Source of the DNA: Torpedo marmorata
Lineage: Eukaryota
Assembly: GCA_977017645.1 (NCBI GenBank)
Contig: OZ360223.1
Span: forward strand, 185,938,001-186,002,000
Direction: 5' to 3'
Length of the DNA stretch: 64,000 nt
Part shown: one piece after another, positions 37,389 to 50,444 of the stretch
How positions within the stretch are numbered: position 1 is the first letter of the stretch
Layout of the letters: each line of letters starts with the position of its first letter
Notes under the pieces: generated by a model
The model's input: only the letters and a program-made list of their open reading frames with translations
Told to the model about the DNA's origin: nothing
Database searches by the model: none
Made by a program: the position numbers and the translations under genes

Positions 37389-38499
37389 TATGGAACCTTT
37401 AATATTGCAAAAATGTCTCCATGTTTCACCCTGTGCTAACATTCAAAAATGAATGCCAAGCCAAATAAGCAAGTACTTGGTAAATGACAAATAGCCCAGT
37501 TAAGCTCGGCTAGTGAGTGATCAGATCTGGAAGGCAGAGTTAAAGAAGTGAATCTGAGGGTTATAGAAGAAAGGAGGATTACTGAGATGGAATCACCAAC
37601 TTGAAACAATTGTACAAGTATCAAGATCAATCCCATGATTTCTATTAGCTGCTTGTAAAGCTGCTTTCTGGTTGTGGATGACTGGAAAAAGTCTGTAATG
37701 CAAGTGACGTGTGTAGATCAATGCATCAAAAGAAAATTTCTACCCCTCTGTGCTATCGTAACACTCTTGGTGTTAATTGCGTTCATCTGTCCCATAGAGC
37801 TGCTATAAATAGTTAATACAAAAATGTTGTTCTCAGATTCTGTTTTTCTATATTTAAAATGCAAATTGCATAATTATTGCTTGAACTATGACAGGTAAAT
37901 AGTTCTTTGATTCCACATGAACACTGCAACATCAAGTTAAAGGGTATTTTTTAAAATCTGAAAGTTTTTTTTTGTAGTTAATGTAGCAAGACTATTGATA
38001 GTTTCTTGTTCACATAAACCCCTCCCTCACTAGTAAACAAATGTTACAGTAAGCAATCCTTCTCATTATTGATACTTTAGGCAGGATCTCACCATTCAGC
38101 AAGGATTTTTGGATGAATAACAGGAACCAAGAAGCAGGACAGTTACTGAACTCCTGAAGAATGTTTTTATGACTTTTTCAGCTCTCTTATTTACCTTGCT
38201 AAGTCAATTTATTGGTCTTTGGTTTCTTATTGTGAACATGTATGAGCATTTTCACAGATGTAGCTTGCTTGCATTGCTGACCTGAGTCGTGTACTGTCTT
38301 TTTAGTCATAATGCAGATATACTTTATACTGGAAGGTCTTTTCAAACTAAACACATAAAACAGAAGAAACCTTTTACAAAAGGAGGCAGTTTCTGTAAGA
38401 AGAATGTCAATAGCACCTGGCCTTACCATCACAGTGGGGCTTTTCATTGCACACGAGGATAGAAAGGGGACTAGGCAGAAAGTTGAAAATAGTAGGGAT

Positions 38500-38724
38500 G
38501 AACAGGAGACTGCAGATGATGGAATCTGAAGCTAAAAGCAATCTGCTGGAGAAACTCAGTGGATAAAGCAGCATTAGTGGGAGAAAAAGAATGGTTGACA
38601 TTATGGGCCAAAACCCTTTGTCGCGACCACATCTCAATAAAGGGTTTCCGCCTGAAGCATCGACCACTCTTTTTCTCCCACTGATGCTCCTCAACCTGCT
38701 GAGTTTCTCCAGCAAATTGTGTTT
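38500..38724. mobile_element. Palindromic Penelope-like terminal-repeat element with decayed hammerhead cores
   Basis: About 80-bp inverted arms 38539-38620 / 38638-38719 (TGCTGGAGAAACTCAG...CTGAGTTTCTCCAGCA); CTGCAGATG leader. Confidence 0.7.
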
Positions 38725-39099
38725 AGAAGGTGAAAATAGTGCTGTTGGTGGTGAGTTCTGTCCTTTTTTTTTGTTTCCTGCTGCAGTAATATTTCTGTTT
38801 CTCTGGTCCTGCTGAGATCTACTTGCTGTGATTTTTGTAGTGAGCCAGGAAACAAACAGGCAATGTGCCTACCTGAAATAAGCCACAGCTAATCTCTAAT
38901 GTCTATTTGACCATGTTCCACTTTGGAATCCAGTGCAACCATCCTTTTGTGAAGCCTTGTCAGTGGTTAATAAATGGACCATAGCTAAGTCCCTCTCAAA
39001 TTCCATCCAAAATATTACTTGTAGAGGCAAGAGGAGCATAAATATTTTTTCCTGGCCTCTGCAAAATGTTCCTGCGAATTCTTCTCTGACTCCACTTCA

Positions 39100-41170
39100 C
39101 CTTTGGAAAAAGAATAACTCAAGGAGGGTAGTGCATCCATGGCTAACAAGGGAAATCAGGGAGAGTATCAAATCTAAAGAGGAAGCGTATAAACTAGCAA
39201 GGAAAAACAGTATACCTGAGGATTGGGAGAAATTCAGAGTTCTACAGAGGAAGACAAAGGGATTAATCAGGAAAGGCAAAAGAGATTATGAGAGAAAGTT
39301 GTCAGGAAACATAAAAAAAGACTAAAAGTTTTTATAGATATGTAAAGAGAAAGAGATTAGTTAAGACAAATGTGGGTCCCTTACAGTCAGAAACAGGTGA
39401 AATGATCATGGGGAACAAGGACAAGGACAATTGAATAACTACTTTAGTTCGGTCTTCACTAGGGAAAACACGAATAATCTTCAGGAGATAGTCGGGGACC
39501 CTGGGTCTAATGTGACGGAAAGACTGAGGGATAAAAATGTAAGTCATGAGGTTGTGTTAGATAAATTGAAGGGATTAAAGGCAGACAAATCCCCAGGGCC
39601 AGATAGTCTGCATCCCAGAGTGCTTAAGGAAGTAGCCCATGAAATAGTGGATGCATTAGTGATAATTTTTCAAAACTCTTTAGATTCTGGAGGAGTTCCT
39701 GAGGACTGGAGGGTGGCTAATGTAACTCCACTTTTTAAGAAGGGAGGGAGAGAGAAAACAGGGAATTATAGACCGGTTAGCCTGACATCGGTAGTGGGGA
39801 AAATGCTAGAGTCAGTTATTAAAGATGTGATTGCGGCACATCTGGAAAGTGGTGGAATCATTGGACAGAGCCAGCATGGTTTTATGAAGGGAAAATCGTG
39901 TCTGACGAATCTTATTGAATTTTTTGAGGATGTAACTAGTAGAGTGGATAGGGGAGAACCAGTGGATGTGGTATACCTGGATTTTCAGAAGGCTTTTGAT
40001 AAGGTCCCACACAGGAGATAGGTGTACAAGCTTAAGGCACACGGTATAGGGGGTATGGTATTGAGGTGGATAGAAAATTGGTTGACAGATAGGAAGCAAA
40101 GAGTAGGAATAAACGGGTACTTTTCGGAATGGCGGACAGTAACTAGTGGGGTACCACAAGGCTCAGTGCTAGGACCCCAGTTATTTACAATATATATTAA
40201 TGATCTAGATGAGGGAATAGAAAATAGCATTTCCAAGTTTGCAGACGACACAAAGCTGGGTGGCAGTGTTAGCTGTGTAGAGGATGTTAAGAGGGTGCAG
40301 GGTGACTTGGACAGGTTGGGTGAGTGGGCAAATGCATGGCAGATGCAATATAATGTGGATAAGTGTGAGGCTATCCACTTTCGTGGCAAGAATCTGAGGG
40401 CTGAGTATTATCTTAATGGTATCCGATTAGGAAAAGGAGAGATGCAAAGAGACCTGGGTGTCACTGTGCATTAGTCATTGAAAGTGGGCATGCAGGTGCA
40501 GCAAGCAGTAAAAAAAGTGAATGATATGTTGGCGTTCATATCAAGATGTTTCGAGTACAGGAGCAGAGAGGTATTGATGCAGTTGTATAGGGCCTTGGTG
40601 AGACCTCACCTGGAGTATTGTGTTCAGTTTTTGTCTCCTTATCTGAGGAAAGACATCATTGCCATAGAGAGTGCAGAAAAGGTTTACTAGATTGATACCA
40701 GGGATGGCGGGACTTGCATATGAAGAGAGGCTGGATCGACTGGGTTTATTCTCGCTGGAATTTAGAAGATTAAGAGGAGATCTAATAGAAACGTACAAAA
40801 TTCTTAAGGGATTGGACAGGCTAGATGCAGGAAGGTTGTTCCCGATGTTGGGGAAGTCTAGAACCAGGGGTCACATTTTAAGGATAAAGGGGAAGTCTTT
40901 TAGGACTGAGATGAGAAAAAAAAATTCACTCAGAGTGTGGTATATTTGTGGAATTCTCTGCCACAGGAAGTAGTTGAGGTCGGTTCCTTAGCTATATTTA
41001 AGAGGGAGTTAGATTTCGCACTTGTGACTAAGGGGATCAGGGGGTATGGAGAGAGAGCTGGTACTGGGTACTGAGTGGATGATCAGCCATGATCAAAACA
41101 AATGGTGGTGTAGGCTTGAATTGCCAAATGGCCTATTCCTACATCTATTTTCTATGTTTCTATGTTTCTA
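39100..41170 (+). mobile_element. Relatively young 5'-truncated CR1/HER1-type LINE; ORF2 RT disrupted by stops and frameshifts
   Basis: NYRPVSLTSVVGKMLE, SQHGF, YLDFQKAFDKV, SGVPQGSVLGP and KFADDTKL across ORFs 39431-40973; (TTTCTATG)n tail at about 41149-41170. Confidence 0.97.
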
Positions 41171-41551
41171 TCCCAATTGGCCAACTCATTCCCATCATTT
41201 GCCAAGTGCTTAACAGTTTACTCTGTTCCTTTCTCATCCCTCCCCAATGAGCATGCGGTCAGATAGCACTGGTAGCTAGCTGCAAAGATTCAAATTAGGC
41301 CCCAATCATAAAAATTGCTCAAGCCCCTTTAGCTTCTTTTATAATGTGTACTCAAAATAAAAATTGGAGGCTGTAGCTTTAAAAATGTCAACACAAGAAT
41401 CCTGGTTAAAAACTGGCAGGCCCAACATCACTCCATCACTGTAAAACTTCTTGCAGGTAACAAAAGTTTGCAGGGTTGTCATTGTCATTCATTTTTGCCA
41501 GCTCATATTGCTAAAAATAAGTAAACTATAGTCAAACTAGTAACTCCAAAA

Positions 41552-42040
41552 AGGAAAGATATCAATAAGATAGAAAGAGTGCAGGGAAGATTTACTAGGA
41601 TGTTGCCTGGACTTCAGGAACTGAGTTACAGGGAAAGGTTAAACAGGTTAGGACTTTATTCCCTGGAGCGTAGAAGAATGAGGGGGATTTGATAGAGGTA
41701 TTTAAACTTATGAGGGGGATAGACAAAATGTAGGTATGCTTTTTCCACTGAGGTATAAACCAGAGGACATGTGTTAAGGGTGAAAGGGGAAAGGTTTAGG
41801 GGGAACATGAGGGGGAACTTCTTCACACAGAGAGTGGTGGGGGTGTGGAACGAGCTGCCAGCTGAAGTGGTGAATGTGGACTAATTTTTAACATTTAAGA
41901 AGAATTTGGACAGGTACATGGATGGGAGAGGTATGGAGGGCTATGGACTGGGTGCAGGTCAGTGGGACTAGGCAGAAAAATGGTTTAGCACAGACTAGAA
42001 GGGCCGAAGGGGCCTGTTTCTGTGCTGTAATGTTCTATGG
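41552..42040 (+). mobile_element. CR1 LINE 3' fragment
   Basis: RKDINKIERVQGRFTRMLPG coding remnant; GGGCCGAAGGGGCCTGTTTCTGTGCTGTAATGTTCTATG tail. Confidence 0.9.
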
Positions 42041-44224
42041 AATACAACAGTCTGGAAATTACTGAGTGATGTCCATGAATAAAAGTTCAAAATGTTTATT
42101 TCTGATTTCCCTTCTATGGTTAATTGATTGTATACAAATTGTTATTGAAATAACCAAGTGAGGTTTCAATGCTAAGTATTTGAATGATTACATCACACAT
42201 TGAAATTTTCAGTTTTTAAAAAAATAATCATTATTCCGTAATTGACAGCAGAATTGCAAACCACAGAGGGTTGTGCTTATTTTGAAAGAAATAGGGGAAA
42301 AACAGATTTACCATAGAATCAATTGTTAATTTTATTAACTTTGAAATGGTTTGATTGAGGAAATTGCAAACTGAAAAATATTAATACAGAACAATATTAG
42401 ATAGAATCCACATGCAGAATGAAACTGGTTACAAAAACAAAATATTTCAAGTTCTTTTTGCATACTTGTGTTTTATCACATGATATTTGATTGACAGGTC
42501 TTGAAAGCTGAAGTGTCCCTTCTACCTGTTGGATTGTGAAGCTGTTAAGGTTTACAGGATAATGTGTACAAACCAAAACCCATTAATTTAATTCACCAGT
42601 AACTTTTCCTCAGTTTGCAGGCACTACATAAAAATCAATCAGCTGGTTTCTTTGTGTTAATTAATAACATCAGCAAGCTTTCCAAAATTAGTTGATACCA
42701 TTTGATAAACTTTTGTGACTTCTAGGCAATATGTGATTTGTAACTGTTTTAGCAGCAGTGTTCTGTAAAGATGAAGACTATATAGCTGTTAATTGAAAAA
42801 AAAATTAAGGTAACTGAGTTTATTATCTTATGGTTATTGTCAGAAGTTTTACAATCTTGGGTACCATGTAATTCTTTTGTTAACTTTGAAGGAAAATGCT
42901 CAAGATAACAGAAAGCTAAACTGTGCAGCAGGTTAGAGTAAGGAACATAGAACTGAAACTGTTCCTCCACCTTATTTTCTCCACAGATGCTGCTTGATTT
43001 GCAGTATTTTGTGATTCAGCTGTATGTTTCACTTTTATTTAACATTTTCATGTCGTTTAATTTACACTTAACAGACTTGCACATGAATCGACTTTGAAGA
43101 GCTTTCTCATTTGGGGTATTTTAGCCATGTGTCATCAGGTTGACTGGTCCTGTTGTATATGTACTGTGTTAGACTGCAGGAAGTACGCCAAATACAAATT
43201 GGACCAAGGGTGGAAAATGAGCAGTGTGGTTCCACGCAGAAGAAATGTGCCACATTGGAAGGAGAATGCAATCAGTTTCATCTGAAGGAATAATAAATCT
43301 GTTGATACTGCAGAAAACAATATGGTGCTCCCCAAAGAAGGGTGATAGGGACTGATTGATGACAGCTCAAAGGATCACTGACTAACTATAGCTTGGGGAT
43401 TATGGATACCTAGCAGTGTCTTGTCATTCATGGATAGTGATGCCAACAATTGGTAGTTGTTTTTAAATCAGCTTTGTGGCTCTTTTGACTGTTGATGTTT
43501 CCTTCTCTTTGTGTAATGTAGGTTGTTTATCCCAGTCTCATGTAGTAACAGAACATATTAAATAAGTTCCACAATGATGGAAGAAGCAGCTAAATTCTCT
43601 TCTGCTAATATATAATATAATACTTTTAGTAATAAGGTGTGATTTATAACTTTCTAATTACCGGTATTTAATTTCTTGACTTCCATCAATTATAGAAAAG
43701 GAGTGCTTTGTTGAGGAACCAATGGTGCGAAGCTACCATCTACCGGATTGTGACTGAACACCTCTTGGTCACAATCCTGCCTAAACTTTCATTTATATCA
43801 CCAGAAGATAGTTTTAATATTTCAGATTAAATATTACGTGTCAAACATTTTCTACCCTGACATGAAACTTTATTTTTTAGAAGATGAAATTAACCATTTA
43901 TTTTGATAATTGCTTAAATTTTCTAAATGAAATGATTAACTGAGAATTGAGTGATGGTTTGTTTAACTTATTGGGATTTTTTACTCAAATCTACCAAGAA
44001 CTTAGGTTACTTCATCTTATTTTCAAGTCAAGAGGCAGGTAAATCTCCATGGTCAATCCTGTACATCGCATTTACCAAAACTGGATAGGAGCTGAATAAG
44101 ATAAGAAGGTAGGATTGCAGGTTAAGGCTTTGCTTCTGTTTGGATAATAATTTATTGAAAATATTTATTAACCTTAATTAATACTTACATACCAAGATAT
44201 AAAGAAATGGGAAAAAATACTTTT

Positions 44225-44540
44225 GCCAGCTTGGCTGAGTGAGAAAACTTGTACCTTTTAAGTAAAGAAATCCTGAGTTCATGTACCTCTTCAGAATCTG
44301 AGCATATAATTCAGGCCAAAATTTAATGTAGTACTGACAACATAAGGCAGTGGCTGAAGAACTATTTCTTGGATGAAATATTAAAAAGTATCTTTAATGC
44401 TTATTATGTTGAAAATTAAGAATCCCATGCCTATTTAATAAAGAATATTGTTGTTCTTCCAACGCTCTGGTGAAGATGCATCTAGCTAAAGCTGCTCAAA
44501 CAATTTAACTGATGATTTGTAATCTCACTTGTGGCATCAC
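44225..44540 (+). mobile_element. Ancient Deu-SINE-like element
   Basis: GAGTTCATG (B-box-like), TGAGCATATAATTCAGGC, TGTAGTACTGA, TTGGATGAAATATTAAA and AATCCCATG follow the recalled SacSINE1 motif order. Confidence 0.5.
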
Positions 44541-44707
44541 ACAATCCACAATTCAACTTGAGACTTGTAACGAAGCTACAAAATAATTTATTTCAATAAT
44601 AAGGGCAGCATCATTGAAATAAATGAAGAAGGTATCCACACCAGCATTGCATGGCAGAGGTACTTAATGGAACTCACAGAGGCCCCAACTGCAAAATTTT
44701 AAATTTA

Positions 44708-45595
44708 TTGAAGTGTGCTGAGCGGCTGCATCACGGTCTAGTATGGGGATACAAATATCCCTGAGCATAAAGCCCTCCAAAAGGTAGTGGACACAGCCCA
44801 GGACATCACAGGCAAAACCCTCCTCCAGGCCTGGTGTCATGGGGGGGGCATTCGCGGGCCATGCCCCCCCAAATGAGTTATTGTGCCCCCCCCACCCATC
44901 CGCAGCACTAGCGTCACTAGGGGGTTGCGGACCGCACCGGGTGACGCCATCAGAGGGGATGTCACCAAAATGAATCACGTGGTTTTGTCTCCACGCGCTA
45001 TAAGCACGCGCGTTTGTCTGAAACACCAGAGGGAGGGGGAAGTGTGACGGCGCGGCGGACGGAGGAGGTCCATGGCAGGTATGGCACCCGGTCCCGCCCC
45101 CCCCCCCCCCCCCCCGCTGAGTGACTTCTCGAACAGCAGTTTGTGGCCCCCCCCCCGTGGTTACCCTGATGCCCCCCAATTAGATTTCTTCTGACACCGA
45201 CTCTGCCCTCATCACCATCGAGAACATCTACAGGGAACGCTGCCATTGGAGAGCAGCAATCATCAAAGATCCACACCACCCAGCACATGCTCTGTTCTCA
45301 CTGTTGCCATCAGGAAAGAGGTATAGGTGCCACAAGACTCGCACCACCAGGTTCAGGAACAGCTGCCATCAGACTCCTCAACAACAAACTCAATCAGGGA
45401 CTCATTTAAGGACTCTTGTGCACTTTATTGATTTTTTAAAATCTCTGTATTGCACAGTCAGTTTGTTTACATTCGTTATCTGTTTACAGTTCTTTATTTG
45501 TTTATATGCGGTAATTCTGCCTCCCCCGCAGGAAAAGGAATCTCAGGGTTGTATGTGATGTCATGTATGTACTCTGACAATAAATCTGAAGTCTG
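44708..45595 (+). mobile_element. Rex1/Babar-type LINE 3' fragment interrupted by a hAT MITE
   Basis: SVLSGCITV*YG-like start, IIKDPHHPAHALFSLLPSGKRYR..TTRFRNS C-terminus, tail TGACAATAAATCTGAA. Confidence 0.85.
44826..45205. mobile_element. GC-rich hAT MITE with a probable second MITE nested at about 44906-45131
   Basis: TIRs CAGGCCTGGTGTCA / TGACACCGACTCTG; 8-bp TSD CCCTCCTC (44818-44825) / CCCTCATC (45206-45213). Confidence 0.8.
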
Positions 45596-45744
45596 GTTAT
45601 TGATTCGTCTCTGATCGATCATGTTTAGTTTTGTCATCAGGATTTTTCAGTGGGCCCAGAATTGTGCCTGATGATGCCAATGATGTGGATTCTGCTCTTG
45701 AGCGTGCACATCAGAATTTCTTGACAGGTAGGAAGAACCGTAGG

Positions 45745-45880
45745 TTTCTGTGAGTGGCGCTGGACAACGTAGTGACTCTCTGTCTGTCTGCCTTACGGTA
45801 GACAAAAATTAAAGAATTTCATGTATGTTGCATTCTAAATGTAGTATTACGTGACAATAATGGAACCTTTACCTTTACCT
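45745..45880 (+). mobile_element. Short retroposon 3' end (Rex/L2-type tail)
   Basis: AAGAATTTC...GTGACAATAA followed by (ACCTTT)n tail repeats. Confidence 0.5.
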
Positions 45881-46029
45881 CAGCATGTCGCACAGCTAAT
45901 GTGATGTAGGTGTGGACGGCTCTAAAAAAAAATTATCCCCCTTCATTGCCTTTCTGCACTGGGATTTCATACACATACCGGTGGCATTGACATCAACCGT
46001 GATTCAAGAGGTTGGTTCTGGAGTGAATC

Positions 46030-47110
46030 AATAAGAAGGATCTTGACCCATTTCAGTTCACTGACTACAGCTTGGTGTTCAACACCATCATACCAGCAAA
46101 CCCATGACCAAGCAAAAGGATCTGGGACTGTGTTCATCCCTCTGCAGCTGGATCCTTGACTTCTTCATCAGCAGACCCCAATCAGAGCAGATTAGCAACA
46201 TCACGCCTACCATCAACACGGACATCCCAAGGCTGCGTGTTTAGTTCCCTACTCTATTCCTTTTACGCCTCTGACTGTTTGGCCAAGTTTAGCTCCAACG
46301 CAATCTATAAATTCGCTAACGAAACTGCCGTTGTTGGCTGAATAACTGGAAATGATGAATCAGAATGAATCAGAGAACCTGGTTGGGTGGTGCTGGAACA
46401 GCGTCACTAAGACCAAGGAGCTAATTGTTGACTTTTGGAAGAAGAGGCCGAGGGACCATATACTTGTCTGTATTGATGGGAAGGAGGTGGAGAGAGTCAT
46501 ACCCTTCAAGTTCCTGGGAGTCCATATATCCTGGAGCCAGAACATCGAAGCAACTGTGAAGGCACACGAAAGCCCCTATTTCCATAGGAACCTGAGGTGA
46601 TTTGGCATGTCGTCAGACACTCAATTAAACTTTTTCAGTTGCCCTGTGGAAAGTATACTGGCTGGTTGCTCCACAGCTTGGTTTTGGCATTCAACAGCCT
46701 AGGAACACAGAGGCTGAAGAAGTTAGAAAGCATAGAAATCAAAAAGGCAGCCAACATCAGAAAGGACCCCTACCACCCTGGTCACAACCTCTTCTCACTG
46801 CTACCTTCAGGCAGAAGGTATAGAAGCCTGAAAACCAGCACATCTAGGTTCAAGAACAGTTTTCAACAGCTCAGACTTTTGAGCCTCCCCTTGGTATATT
46901 AATCATGAACTGTCTGCACTATTGCAAGACACTATTTTTTTCACGAGGAGCATTGTGAATATTTATGTCTATCGTATGTATTTATTGTCTCCTTTAATTA
47001 GTTTACAAATATAATTTTTTTTTTACAGGTACCTGTTCGGCTGCAGCAAGTAAGAATTATTGCGCCTATGTAGATTGTACAATGTGGATGACAATAAACT
47101 CATCATCATC
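46030..47110 (+). mobile_element. Degraded Rex1/Babar LINE
   Basis: DPFQF, DYSLVFNTI, SQGCVFSSLLYS, YKFANET, FKFLGVHI and LPSGRRYRS remnants; ACAATAAAC(TCA)n tail. Confidence 0.85.
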
Positions 47111-49119
47111 ACATTTTAAATAGGATAAAAATGAATTCCAACCCAAATGCCAGCCTTCTTTGCTGCCAGAGTTTCAGAATCTTGGGATGTAATTTCTTGG
47201 GTTTGGTGACTTTTATTTATGAAACCAGTGAGCATCTTACGAAGTAAGTTTTCAAAGCAAAGCAAAGTGGGTAGAAACCATTGATATGCTGGGTCTTACT
47301 TCTTCCTAATGCACATGACGTTGTTTTAAAAAAAAAAAATTCCTGGCTCATGTTCTATTGCTTGTGGTGGATTCTTTTAGTGGAGTGGCAGGGATCCTGT
47401 ACGCAGACATTTACTAAACTTACAAGTTAGAATAAGTAATTTAAATGTTTGGCATGTCAGATGTATAAAAATATAGCTAGCTTTCAATTGTGGTAAAAGA
47501 AGACAATTTTTTTTTCTCTCAGCTGACTCTGTGTTTGTTGTACTTTGGTTAAAAATTACAGTATTTTTTTGAAAACCTTAACGGGAAGTGCAGGTTAATT
47601 AAGAATCCAGCAGTCTTGCAGATACTTAAATTTGGCTTAACCTCAAAATTAGCCTTTTAAAAAATTCCTTGTCCTCATTTAGTTTTGTATTCATCGCTGG
47701 TCAGTCTAGTCTAGATACACAGCATTGAGTGAAAGTTTCTTCATTTGCATATGAATCTCTATTCAACAGTTAATGTCCATTACAGACAGAACGTTCAATT
47801 CTTGTTTTCTGTAAGCCCGTTGTAAAATGTCGGTCTGTCACTTGCAATATAAAAAAAGCAAAAATGATGGCATTTGTAAAAATGTTATCACCTCATAAAC
47901 ACAAATTGTAAAGACATGAAAGCGATCTCTGCCATGCTTTCAGTGGGAGTTAGTACAGCTGCCTTTTTAAAAAACACAGTTGTCCACATTCCCACAGCTC
48001 CCTACCAATAGACCAGTTTACACAAGCATATTTAATTCACAGTTCCCCAAATTAACATTAAATTTGCATAATATGTAATGCTTGTACAACTCGGACTTGC
48101 TCAGGAATTTAAATCCTTTGAAAATTTCTTCAAAATACTCTTGAAACTTCACTAATTAACTTCAAACTAGTTTTTGTCTTTCCAAATAAATTTAAGCCAC
48201 ATTTAACAGAAACTTGTATTGAAAGTTTTGTTATTAAGGCCAGGTTATTACCGTTCTCAAAAGTCAAGCATTAATTGCTGCAGACTATTCATGATAAATG
48301 TGTGCTCAGAAATGTTTCTTTATTTTGTATAATTACCAATGCTGGATCTGGGTCAAAGTTCAAACTTTATAGAAATGTTGTTACCGTTGCCTGGAACAGC
48401 TTGTCAGGTCTAGAGAAATTAGAACTGAATGAAAGACTGGATTTAGTTCATGAAAACAAAATTGATTGTAGAAGGCATGCCTTCACTCTAACTTCCCCCA
48501 GCCCACCCAATCCCACATGGGCCTGTCACATTATACCGTCTAAGAGCTTGCTTGTGTGTAAACTGTTCTTCTGAACGAGGGAAGGTTTACAGCTGCATTA
48601 GTGTGTGACGCTGCAGTTTCACACATGCAATCGAGTGACTGACACTGTCACCAGATCAGATTAAATGTTTCTTACTGTTAATTATGAAGTGCAATGTGGC
48701 CCAAGACATCTCAGATATCAAAGAAAATAATTTGGAAGTGTGAGTAAAATCCTTTTTGAGTGGAGTTAACCAAAATCATACCCTGGTAACTTTGAGATTT
48801 CGGATACCTGTTTCAAATTGTTTAGTTTGTAACTCATATTTGATATTTCAGGACCATTGTTAAAAATCCCCAGTATAAACAGTAAGGAAGGTATAACCCT
48901 CATCATGTGGCTAATGGCCAACTTTGGAGAATACAACCAGAGGCGGCCATTATTTATCCTCTAGTGCATGTTTTGAGTGGTATTCTGGCTGTCTTCTGAT
49001 CCAATATACCTGAATAACTTTGGTTTACAAAATGCCTGAGCTGCCAGTTGGAGAAGATTTCAAACTTTGACTACTGTTTGCACATGGATGTGTTTATGGA
49101 GATATACTGTACACAATAG

Positions 49120-49312
49120 AAACCGGCTGACCATCATGCACCCATCTATAGTCATCCCATTTACCAAAAAAATAATTCATATTCCCTCTAAATCTCTTGC
49201 CCCCTACCTTAAATCTATGTCTTCGAGCTTTAGACTCCTCTGCTCTGGGGGAAAGTTTCTGACGATTTTGCTTCTCCATGCTGTTCATAATTTGGTATAA
49301 TCTTAATCAGGA
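49120..49312 (-). mobile_element. CR1 3' relic
   Basis: ORF 49094-49288 fragment SKARRHRFKVGGKRFRG. Confidence 0.6.
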
Positions 49313-49589
49313 TGCCTGTGTTGACAAATAGCATTCCAGAATGGCCTGTTTAATTTATGAGCGAAGACCTAAATGCACCAGGCAACAGAAATTGTTTCTC
49401 CATCACACTTTTTTTCTGAACCTATGGTAAGTATAGGTAAAGGGGTACCTGATCAGCGAGTGCTGGCGGCAGGCCCACTTGGAAAAATCAAGGCATTTTT
49501 TTTGAAATTTAAAGATTATGCTGTTAGCTGTCCCTGTGTCATATGTAAACTTGGATATGTGGTCTTGTAACAAAATCTTCTGGAGCCTG

Positions 49590-50030
49590 TTTGGATGATG
49601 GGGTTAATTTCAGCTAGAATTATTGTTACCATTGCTGAGCCTCCCACCGTCAATATCCTGGGTCACGTGATGTCTCCATTTGTCTGGATGAGTGCAGCTC
49701 CAATAATACTCAAGAAACTTGCTGGATCAGCATTCTAAACATTCATTTCCTGCACTGCCGGTGCACAGTGATTGTTGTATGTGTGCCATCGAAAAATGCA
49801 TGTCTCGGCTACTCTTATAGTAACTCCAAAACCTGAAACATCTTCCATTAAGGGTTTAATCTCCAAGTTGCAGACCATTCAATCCAAGTTGCTTTCTTCA
49901 TTGCTGTGCAAAGTCCTGATCCCACCTAACAATGTGGAACCTTCACCTGAAGGACTACAAATGTTCGCGAAGTTGGCTTCTCAAGGGCAATTGTAAATGT
50001 GCAATAAATGCTTGTAAATGACATCTATAT
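49590..50030 (+). mobile_element. Old LINE 3' relic with GGGCAATT...CAATAAATGCT tail
   Basis: TGGATGAGTGCAGCTCCAATAATACTCAAGAAACT motif and a tail shared with the SINE at 53590-53995. Confidence 0.5.
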
Positions 50031-50444
50031 CTTGTAAAATGTATAGAGCAATCATATGGGATCTCCAAAATTCCTGTTTGAACCAGAAATTTGACAGGGT
50101 TTGAATTTCAGGTTCTTGGTAGCAATAGGGTCAGAGTATTTTAACTAGATCCTATCTGTACGTCCTTTCTAGTTTCCTGCGTGAAATGAATGGCACCTAA
50201 ACAGTGCATGGTAATGTTGTTTTGAGTGGCAGGGAGCTACTGGCTTGGCCAAGGAATAACTGCCACTGCCAAATTAATTGAACTTTTGAAAGGTCTGACC
50301 ATAACAAAGAGAGTCACCTGGACCAAGAGATGCCTAGAAATTCGATATAGTATTAGAAATTTATGGAATTCAGTAGTCTTGAAGTTGATGGAACCGAATT
50401 TTGAAGGCATAATGCAACACTGTTTTAATGTTATCGACCAGGGA

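Noticed and set aside
39431-40973. Reverse transcriptase ORFs as a novel retron-like or domesticated RT
   Set aside because: Ordinary CR1 ORF2: 5'-truncated, with stops, frameshifts and a typical tail.
43355-43383. TGATGA...CTGA as a box C/D snoRNA
   Set aside because: The boxes are only about 15 nt apart with no convincing terminal stem.
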